Below, piece by piece: positions 57,593 through 64,000 of a DNA stretch of 64,000 bases (positions are counted from its first letter, which is position 1; each line of letters starts with the position of its first letter). Made by a program: the position numbers and the translations under genes. Below the pieces are notes generated by a model that did no database searches, was not told where the DNA came from, and worked only from the letters and a program-made list of their open reading frames with translations. The stretch comes from Bacteroidaceae bacterium (GTDB taxonomy: Bacteria > Bacteroidota > Bacteroidia > Bacteroidales > Bacteroidaceae): positions 2,636,409 through 2,700,408 of the forward strand of contig OY776497.1 of the NCBI GenBank assembly GCA_963675625.1, in the 5' to 3' direction.

Positions 57593-59212
57593 TTATTCTC
57601 CTCCATCTTTAGGTGAAACCTCCAGTTGCGCATCCTCTCCCTTCTTGATCTGCTTCAGCATGATACCGACCTCCGCAATCAGCAGTCCCGTAAAGACCAC
57701 CCCAAACAGCACCGTCGTCATCACCACACTCATACTATCAATCTTCGTCACCGCCTGCGTCGTATTCATCAAATCTTGAATAATCCACGGCTGACGGCCC
57801 ACCTCATTGACAATCCATCCACACTCACTGCAGATCCACACCAATGGGATACTCCACACCGCCGCATGCAGCAACAACCTATTTTTGTGCACCTTGCCCC
57901 GCATCACCAAGACAATCATCAAGATAAACAAAAGCGTAAACCAGAAACCCAAGAACACCATGATATGAAACGAATAAAACGTCATACTGATAGGCGGCAC
58001 CACCGCCAAGACATTCTCCGCCTTATCGTCCGCACCCGCCTTATAATACGAGCCATACCCGAAATAGCGGAACGTCTCCTTCATCCACTTTTGATCCTCA
58101 AAAGGTCTACGCAATTGCTCCGCCTCCGGCATTCCCGCCAGCTTCGCCTCCTTGTAAGCCAACAGCGCCTCCTGCGCCTCATGGCCACGACGTATCTTCT
58201 CCTGCGTCGACAAGATACCATGCGTATGATCCCCATATAATAAATCCGTGATACCCGGCACAAAACTCTTACCATCCCCGTTGGTCAACCAACTCAACGC
58301 CTCCGGAATCTCCAGTGCGAAGACCATACCATCATCCTTGCCCGTATAGTCTCGCAGCGCCTTGTCCTCATCCCCCACGATACCCAGCGCCTTCAGCGGC
58401 ACCGCATTGTACCCCTTGAAATGCGCCTCCATCGCCGCAAACTTCATCGGTTGATTTCTCGCCACATTTCTCGCCGTGCGGTCCCCCGTATAGATCGTAG
58501 CCAACGCCGCAATCAGTCCGAAGATACTCGCCATCAAGATACTCCGCTTCGCCAATATCCGTTCCCGATTATGCAACAGATACCACGCCGACACCCCAAT
58601 CACAAAGACCGATGCCAACATATAACTCGACATCACCGTATGATTGAACTTATCCACCGCCGTATGCGACAAGAACACATCCCAGAAATTCACCATCTCA
58701 TGGCGCGCCGTATCCGGATTGAACTGCATCCCCTGCGGATCCTGCATCCACGCATTGGCCACCAAGATCCACACCGCCGACAAGTTGCTCCCAATCGCCG
58801 TAAGCCACGTCGACATCAAGTGAAAGCGCTTGCTCACCTTATTCCAGCCGAAAAACATCACCGCAATAAACGTACTCTCCATAAAGAACGCCATAATCCC
58901 CTCGATCGCCAGCGGCGCCCCGAAGATATCCCCCACAAACCAGGAATAATTGCTCCAGTTCGTACCAAATTCAAACTCCAGAATCAGCCCCGTCGCCACC
59001 CCAATGGCAAAGTTGATCCCAAATAGACGCATCCAAAACTTGGTGATATGCTTCCATTTAGCATCGCCCGTACGCACATACAGCGTCTCCATAAAGGCAA
59101 TTAAGAAACTAAGTCCGAGGGTAAGCGGTACAAAAAGCCAGTGATACATAGCCGTGAGCGCAAATTGCACCCTCGACCAATCTACTAAAGCGGTAATGTC
59201 AGACTGCATCAT
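57593..59212 (-). CDS. cydA: Cytochrome bd oxidase subunit I
   Basis: YHWLFVPLTLG N-terminus, a long Q-loop, and the GWIVNEVGRQPW motif. Confidence 0.95.
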   Translation of the reverse strand: MMQSDITALVDWSRVQFALTAMYHWLFVPLTLGLSFLIAFMETLYVRTGDAKWKHITKFWMRLFGINFAIGVATGLILEFEFGTNWSNYSWFVGDIFGAPLAIEGIMAFFMESTFIAVMFFGWNKVSKRFHLMSTWLTAIGSNLSAVWILVANAWMQDPQGMQFNPDTARHEMVNFWDVFLSHTAVDKFNHTVMSSYMLASVFVIGVSAWYLLHNRERILAKRSILMASIFGLIAALATIYTGDRTARNVARNQPMKFAAMEAHFKGYNAVPLKALGIVGDEDKALRDYTGKDDGMVFALEIPEALSWLTNGDGKSFVPGITDLLYGDHTHGILSTQEKIRRGHEAQEALLAYKEAKLAGMPEAEQLRRPFEDQKWMKETFRYFGYGSYYKAGADDKAENVLAVVPPISMTFYSFHIMVFLGFWFTLLFILMIVLVMRGKVHKNRLLLHAAVWSIPLVWICSECGWIVNEVGRQPWIIQDLMNTTQAVTKIDSMSVVMTTVLFGVVFTGLLIAEVGIMLKQIKKGEDAQLEVSPKDGGE

Positions 59213-59268
59213 AAATAATGTGTTAGTTGGTTATTGGTTTGGTTATCAAGACAAGGTCCTTGAACAAG

Positions 59269-59505
59269 TTATTTCTTTATCAGCGCATCATCCGTCGGCG
59301 TATCCACAATATCCTGAATCACCGCCTCCGTGCGCTGCGCCTCCGTATCATAGCGCGTGTTGAGTGTATCATTAAAGAAAAACACCTTCAGCACCCCAAA
59401 CATAATGATCAGCTTGATCACAATCACCGTCCACACGATGCGCCCCCAGCGAGGCATCTGGCGAAAACCATCGTAATATAATCGGAAGAATGGGTGCATA
59501 TCCAT
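59269..59505 (-). CDS. DUF4492-like small membrane protein preceding cydA
   Basis: 78 aa with one TM, in the position typical of Bacteroidales cyd operons. Confidence 0.7.
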   Translation of the reverse strand: MDMHPFFRLYYDGFRQMPRWGRIVWTVIVIKLIIMFGVLKVFFFNDTLNTRYDTEAQRTEAVIQDIVDTPTDDALIKK

Positions 59506-59539
59506 GTAGTCTATAGGGTGTTAAACTTTATAATCGATT

Positions 59540-59547
59540 CAAATATA
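59540..59547 (-). promoter_or_regulatory. Bacteroidota -7 box (TATATTTG on coding strand), cyd operon
   Basis: CAAATATA on the + strand, 35 nt upstream of the ATG at 59505. Confidence 0.45.
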
Positions 59548-59718
59548 GTACATTTTTTTTGATTTGTCAGAAGAACTCTCTGAAAAATATCCTCTAAAAT
59601 AGACTAGACAAATGACAAAAATCAGTGTATGTACATGCTAAAGAGTCATAATAACACCATTGTTCTTACTTTTACAAAAAGAAATTACTATTTGTCTATG
59701 TTATTAATTACAAATGTG

Positions 59719-59726
59719 TATATTTG
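59719..59726 (+). promoter_or_regulatory. Bacteroidota -7 box TATATTTG
   Basis: Exact match 50 nt upstream of the ATG at 59776. Confidence 0.4.
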
Positions 59727-59775
59727 CCCCCGTTAAGATGAAAAAGATTGTATAATTAACTAACCAATTAAAGGT

Positions 59776-60009
59776 ATGAAACAGACAGTTATTAAATCAC
59801 TTCAACTAGGCCTATGCCTTTCATTCGCACTAGTATGTTATTCTTGTCAAAGCACTAAGAAAAAAGTAGCTGAAAAACCAGCTACAGAAATTGCTGATTC
59901 TACAGCTACATGCTGCAAGGGCGATTCTACAAAGTGCGACTCAACAGCGACTACACCATGCTGCAGTGCTGATTCAGTTAAGTGCGATTCAACTGCTACT
60001 GTGAAGTAA
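59776..60009 (+). CDS. 77-aa lipoprotein with Cys/Asp/Ser/Thr repeats
   Basis: Lipobox-like LVCYSC, then ADSTATCC-KGDSTKC-DSTATTPCC-SADSVKC-DSTATVK. Confidence 0.6.
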   Translation: MKQTVIKSLQLGLCLSFALVCYSCQSTKKKVAEKPATEIADSTATCCKGDSTKCDSTATTPCCSADSVKCDSTATVK

Positions 60010-60034
60010 ACAGCTATCGTTAAAGAAAAGGAAG

Positions 60035-60076
60035 TCACGCGTCTGGGTACATGGTATCTAGGGGCGTGATTTTTTT
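60035..60076 (+). terminator. Hairpin plus T7 after the mini-lipoprotein gene
   Basis: tcacgc ... gcgtga followed by ttttttt. Confidence 0.4.
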
Positions 60077-60088
60077 ATGTGATATCTC

Positions 60089-60541
60089 TTAGTCGCGACA
60101 AGAAAACTCCATCATAGTAAACACCAAGCCGCGAGCTGAACACCTATTATCTAACACCTTAAATCCTAGACTCTTATAGATATCCACAGCATAGGTTGAT
60201 GCTTTAACCAAAATCGTATCTACTCCACTATCTTTTCGCGCAAATAAGAATAACTTTTTACCGATTTTCTGTCCTTGGTACTCCTTGAGAATAAAAAACA
60301 GAGAAAGGTGTCTGCCACCTTCCTTGAAACCGATGACCCCTACGAGTCGATCACCTATAAATGCCCCATACAATATCATTGCAGATATTTGCATTGGGTC
60401 ATTGACAAAACTACAAAAGGTCGAGTAACCTTCTTCAGAATAATCTTCCGAATTACACTTGGTAAACACATCAAGGGATATGTTTAGCGCCTCTTCAATG
60501 TCTTTTGGAGAATCGATTTTTCGTATTGATACATTATCCAT
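60089..60541 (-). CDS. GNAT-family N-acetyltransferase
   Basis: Acetyl-CoA motif A-like region (YQGQKIGKKLF). The ATG at 60541 (MDNVSIRKI) is preferred. Confidence 0.75.
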   Translation of the reverse strand: MDNVSIRKIDSPKDIEEALNISLDVFTKCNSEDYSEEGYSTFCSFVNDPMQISAMILYGAFIGDRLVGVIGFKEGGRHLSLFFILKEYQGQKIGKKLFLFARKDSGVDTILVKASTYAVDIYKSLGFKVLDNRCSARGLVFTMMEFSCRD

Positions 60542-60785
60542 ATTTATTTCATTTACCTTAAACGACAAATGTAATGAAAATATGTATGTATGCAAATAGT
60601 ATTTGGAGGGAAGTTATATACGGGGAATGTTTTATTTTTCATGTGATAAGAAAACAGCCCCACATGCGCACAAATGTGACATTGAGGGGCGTTTTTGTGT
60701 CAATATACCGTAAATTCTTATCAAATATCCCAAAGTGTCAAGTTTTTGTCAAGTATTTTCTGGTGAATTACTCAGTTAGATTACA

Positions 60786-60793
60786 TAGTTTTG
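60786..60793 (+). promoter_or_regulatory. Bacteroidota -7 box TAGTTTTG
   Basis: Exact match 25 nt upstream of the ATG at 60818. It overlaps the ORF-track TTG start. Confidence 0.45.
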
Positions 60794-60817
60794 TGGCTTC
60801 ACATAAGTCAATCTACA

Positions 60818-61669
60818 ATGAAGCAGAAACTTTACAACTTACTCTACAACACCTCTTGGCTCGATCACAGCATCATGATGCTGATCGTCTTTAGTGTGCT
60901 AGGTATTATCCTAGACACTATCCCAAGTGTACACCACACCATAGGCAACTATATAAACATCTTCGATACCTTTAGTGTCGTTATCTTCACTATAGAGTAT
61001 CTCCTTCGCATCGTTGTAGCAGACATCTCCCATCCAGCCACCACCAAATGGCGTTCCATTCTTAGGTTTATGACTTCCATGTATGGACTCATAGACCTTG
61101 TCGCTGTTCTGCCCTTTTACTTACCATTACTCTTTACAATCGACCTCCGATTCCTCAGAATGATACGTCTAGTTCGCATCCTTCGCATACTCAAGGTCAA
61201 CCGATACAATAACTCCATGCATTTAGTGGGGAGTGTGATTAAAGAGAAGAAATACGAACTTCTCGTCACTAGTTTTGTAGCCCTTATTGTGATTATTATC
61301 TCCACCTTGTTGATGTACTCGCTTGAAGGGCCCGAGCAGTCAGGCGCCTTTCCCAACCTTTTTGCTGCTTTTCAGTGGACGCTCGGCACCATGGCCTCCA
61401 TAGGAAGCAATAACCTATTTCCTACAACAGCCACAGGACATGTAATAGGGGGCATTATCGGTTTCTTTAGTATTGGACTTGTAGCACTTCCCACCAGCAT
61501 CATTGGTGCAGGGTTTATCGAGCGTGTGGAACAAAAAAAGGTGCATAAGCAGCAGTATATAATCATCAAGGAGAAGTTGATGTTGCTTCAGGATCTGTAT
61601 GATGACGGAGTGATATCAGAAGCAGAGCATGAAGAGGTTAGGCGTAAAATGCTAAATAAATTGGAATAA
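60818..61669 (+). CDS. Voltage-sensor-type ion-channel homologue with a non-canonical pore and a SHOCT-like C-terminus
   Basis: S4 helix LRFLRMIRLVRILRILKVNR (a basic residue every third position). Pore WTLGTMASIGSNNLFPTT. C-terminal LLQDLYDDGVISEAEHEEVRRKML. Confidence 0.8.
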   Translation: MKQKLYNLLYNTSWLDHSIMMLIVFSVLGIILDTIPSVHHTIGNYINIFDTFSVVIFTIEYLLRIVVADISHPATTKWRSILRFMTSMYGLIDLVAVLPFYLPLLFTIDLRFLRMIRLVRILRILKVNRYNNSMHLVGSVIKEKKYELLVTSFVALIVIIISTLLMYSLEGPEQSGAFPNLFAAFQWTLGTMASIGSNNLFPTTATGHVIGGIIGFFSIGLVALPTSIIGAGFIERVEQKKVHKQQYIIIKEKLMLLQDLYDDGVISEAEHEEVRRKMLNKLE

Positions 61670-61726
61670 TCATCTTATTATGTATGTAATTGCGAAAATA
61701 TACAATAGAAAAGTCGATAATTTTTC

Positions 61727-61734
61727 TATCTTTG
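61727..61734 (+). promoter_or_regulatory. Bacteroidota -7 box TATCTTTG
   Basis: Exact match 31 nt upstream of the ATG at 61765. Confidence 0.45.
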
Positions 61735-61764
61735 TGAGATTCTAATCTTAAATAATAAATAACT

Positions 61765-62862
61765 ATGGATTTTAAAGATACCATTGCTCAGCTGAGCACA
61801 CGAGTGAGCCAACTCAAGGGGCAGATCAATACAGAAGAAGCAACAAAGAATGCTTTTATCATGCCCTTCATCCAACTACTAGGCTATGATGTATTCAACC
61901 CACTAGAAGTCGTCCCAGAAATGGATTGTGATCTAGTAAGGAAAAAAGGCGAAAAAATAGACTACGCCATCATGAAAGAAGGCGAACCAATTATGCTTAT
62001 CGAATGCAAGCACTGGGAACAAAATCTATCCTTACACGACAACCAACTCCAAAAATACTTCGTCGCATCCAAAGCCAAATTCGGAGTCCTTACCAATGGC
62101 GTCACATACCGCTTTTATACCGACCTAGTTGCCAAAAATCTGATGGACGAGACTCCTTTCCTCGAATTCAATATCGAAGACTACACAGAACACCAAGTCG
62201 ATGCCATCAAACAATTCCATAAATCATATTTTGACCTAGACAGTATACATAGTTCAGCAAATGACCTCAAATACATGTCCGAACTAAAGGCCCAAATTAA
62301 AAACGAGTTTTCAAATCCCTCGTCAGAATTCGTCAAACTATTCGCCCGCAAGGTCTATGATGGTATGATCACCCCTCGCTTACTCGATCAGTTCACCACA
62401 TTAGTAAAGCGTTCCGTAGGCAATCATATCAACGACGTTATCTCCAACCGCCTGAATCAAGCCATGCAATCAGAAGAAGGCACTACACCCATTCAAGTGG
62501 CTAGTCCTGCCGAATCTATGGCCTCCGCCGATGCTTCCAGCATAGAAGAGGAGTCAGCACGTAAGAGCAATATAGAGACTACCGAGGAAGAACTAGAAGG
62601 CTTCTATTTGGTGAAATCTATCCTGCGAGATACACTCCCTCCCGAACGAATCACCTATCGCGATGCAGTATCATACTTCGCCATCCTTCTGGACGACAAC
62701 AACCGCAAACCCGTTTGTCGTCTGTATTTTAACAACCCAGAGAATAAGCGTATTGCGTTGCTCGATGAAGACAAGAAGGAAACGAGATATAGTCTTGAAA
62801 GTCTGGACGATATTTATGAGTATGCGGATGAGTTGAAGGAGAGTGTGGAGAGATTTAAGTAA
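61765..62862 (+). CDS. HsdR_N-like (PD-(D/E)xK nuclease fold) domain protein, stand-alone
   Basis: N-terminal EEATKNAFIMPFIQLLGYD ... KIDYAI ... IMLIECK, resembling the type I restriction R-subunit N-terminal domain. No helicase, methylase or specificity gene is adjacent. Confidence 0.6.
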   Translation: MDFKDTIAQLSTRVSQLKGQINTEEATKNAFIMPFIQLLGYDVFNPLEVVPEMDCDLVRKKGEKIDYAIMKEGEPIMLIECKHWEQNLSLHDNQLQKYFVASKAKFGVLTNGVTYRFYTDLVAKNLMDETPFLEFNIEDYTEHQVDAIKQFHKSYFDLDSIHSSANDLKYMSELKAQIKNEFSNPSSEFVKLFARKVYDGMITPRLLDQFTTLVKRSVGNHINDVISNRLNQAMQSEEGTTPIQVASPAESMASADASSIEEESARKSNIETTEEELEGFYLVKSILRDTLPPERITYRDAVSYFAILLDDNNRKPVCRLYFNNPENKRIALLDEDKKETRYSLESLDDIYEYADELKESVERFK

Positions 62863-62877
62863 TTAATAGAGATCAAG

Positions 62878-63348
62878 ATGCAAAACAAAAATAGATTCAT
62901 CACCACCTTATTACTCTTGGCTTTTGTCAGTCTTTCAGCATACAGCCAACTTATTCGTTACACGACTGCAAACATACATTTGAGAGACGGGGCTAGTTTA
63001 TATAGTCAATCATTGATGACTATACCTAAGGGAACTCCGGTGTATCTTAGTGAAGAATGTGATTGCAAGTGGATAGGTGTCGAGTATCAAGGTAAAATAG
63101 GGTACGTATATTCTAAATACTTGACCGAGAGCAAGCCTAGTTTATATAGAGACTCGTCTACAAATACAAGACATACGACGAGCAGTAAATATTATACTAA
63201 TAGTCAAGGAGAAAGAGTACAGTCACCCACATATTATAGCTCTAGACCTAAAGGTGCAACTGCTCTTTGTCGCGATGGAACGTATAGCTTTAGTAGAAGT
63301 CGTCGCGGTACATGTTCACACCATGGAGGTGTAGCTCAATGGTATTAA
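62878..63348 (+). CDS. Secreted SH3-like / DUF3761-like protein
   Basis: Signal peptide, an SH3b-like segment (KGTPVYL...WIGVEYQGKIGYVYSKYL), and a C-terminal CRDGTYSFSRSRRGTCSHHGGV. Confidence 0.65.
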   Translation: MQNKNRFITTLLLLAFVSLSAYSQLIRYTTANIHLRDGASLYSQSLMTIPKGTPVYLSEECDCKWIGVEYQGKIGYVYSKYLTESKPSLYRDSSTNTRHTTSSKYYTNSQGERVQSPTYYSSRPKGATALCRDGTYSFSRSRRGTCSHHGGVAQWY

Positions 63349-63367
63349 CAAAATAACAAATTTGATT

Positions 63368-64000
63368 ATGGCCTTAATAAACTGCCCTGAATGTGGCAAA
63401 CAAGTAAGTGATTCTGCAAAGATGTGTCCGCATTGTGGATATGAGCTTTTTGATTATAAGCTACGTAATGTAAAGAAGCCACCGCAATACGCTCCTCAAC
63501 CTAAAAAGAAGAAGAATGGGTGCTTGTTGGCCTTTTTAATTAGTGTCATTATACTATTCATTCCTTTTGTGGTTGCTAACGATGACTCATCAGATGATGC
63601 TAATACTGTCTCAAACCAAGAGCAGGTTACTTCCAGTGGGACTATACCTTTAAAATATAAGATTCTTAAAAGTGATAAGATTGATGTCCCTCTGAAGACT
63701 CAGGTTGCATTGACTATAGTTCTAACGGACGAAGCAACCAAAATAAACAAACAATCAATCTCAAAATTACTCTCCAATCTTTATAATGAGATAAAGAATA
63801 GAACTGGATTTAAGTACCATACTCATCCAACTAACGTTTATGTTTGGGCTTTCACGACCAAAGATAAAGCAAATGCTGGAATGGGACAGTGGGTCGGTAT
63901 GATATCTGGAGTAGGAACAGCACCAGAGCCAGACTTGAAAATTAGTGATATACAGTTAAACTCCTTGTCACTTAAACCAGTTGAGAAATTTGGGTTATCA
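63368..64000 (+). CDS. Zinc-ribbon membrane protein, 3'-truncated by window edge
   Basis: My own translation from the ATG at 63368: MALINCPECGKQVSDSAKMCPHCGYEL..., then a TM (GCLLAFLISVIILFIPFVVA). The frame stays open to nt 64000 and is absent from the ORF track because no stop is reached. Confidence 0.65.
   Translation, partial: MALINCPECGKQVSDSAKMCPHCGYELFDYKLRNVKKPPQYAPQPKKKKNGCLLAFLISVIILFIPFVVANDDSSDDANTVSNQEQVTSSGTIPLKYKILKSDKIDVPLKTQVALTIVLTDEATKINKQSISKLLSNLYNEIKNRTGFKYHTHPTNVYVWAFTTKDKANAGMGQWVGMISGVGTAPEPDLKISDIQLNSLSLKPVEKFGLS

Noticed and set aside
1-64000. Mobile elements, prophage, tRNA or rRNA genes.
   Set aside because: I recognised no transposase, integrase, recombinase, phage structural or conjugation motifs in any ORF. 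No intergenic gap shows a tRNA cloverleaf or rRNA-like sequence. The island-like segments are inferred from composition only.

Overview
This is a chromosomal segment that looks Bacteroidota (Bacteroidales-like). Evidence: the phylum-typical -7 promoter box TAnnTTTG sits just upstream of most predicted starts, there are many lipoproteins, and the window carries an Rnf operon and a DUF4492-cydAB operon. I count about 60 protein genes. I saw no rRNA, tRNA, CRISPR array, transposase or integrase.

Gene order, left to right:
- 1-5.9 kb: a Cus/Czc-type RND metal-efflux operon, 5'-truncated by the window edge.
- 6-21 kb: mixed housekeeping and accessory genes (NnrE-like, GT39-like, Bcr MFS, exported flavodoxin, DEAD-box helicase, nadA-nadC-nadB, HAD, acyltransferase_3, AraC, DUF4476, SGNH).
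- 21.4-27.2 kb: an accessory block (DUF3795, CatA-like acetyltransferase, and an AraC-linked operon of two cyclophilin-like proteins, a CMD-cupin fusion and an Fe-ADH, plus TIGR04076).
- 27-34 kb: mnmE, two tandem histidine-kinase-like genes, C69 dipeptidase, TlpA-like thioredoxin.
- 34.3-35.0 kb: a 680-bp ORF-free region.
- 35-37 kb: LruC-domain lipoprotein and GH53 galactanase.
- 37.4-59.5 kb: a long, almost entirely minus-strand housekeeping block (kdsC, DUF2520, nitroreductase, rseC-rnfBCDGEA, rlmD, rseP, dxr, M23 peptidase, holA, cydAB). It is interrupted by a 770-aa orphan protein on the plus strand and by a tandemly duplicated lipoprotein gene.
- 59.7-64 kb: a Cys-repeat mini-lipoprotein, GNAT, a voltage-sensor channel homologue, an HsdR_N-like nuclease-fold protein, SH3/DUF3761 and a zinc-ribbon membrane protein (3'-truncated).

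Most notable observations:
1. Both tandem kinase-like genes lack the phospho-acceptor His (Tyr in one, Asn in the other), and no response regulator is nearby.
2. Third-codon-position usage depends on gene orientation, and this strand polarity appears to flip near 34-37 kb, with a second abrupt break at about 62.75 kb.
3. There is an unlisted 34-codon membrane ORF just after cydB.
4. The channel homologue has SIGSNN where K+ channels have TVGYGD.
5. The ORF-free region is bounded by 34-nt direct repeats and contains a candidate small RNA with three phased palindromes.

All functional calls come from motif recognition by eye. No database search was run.
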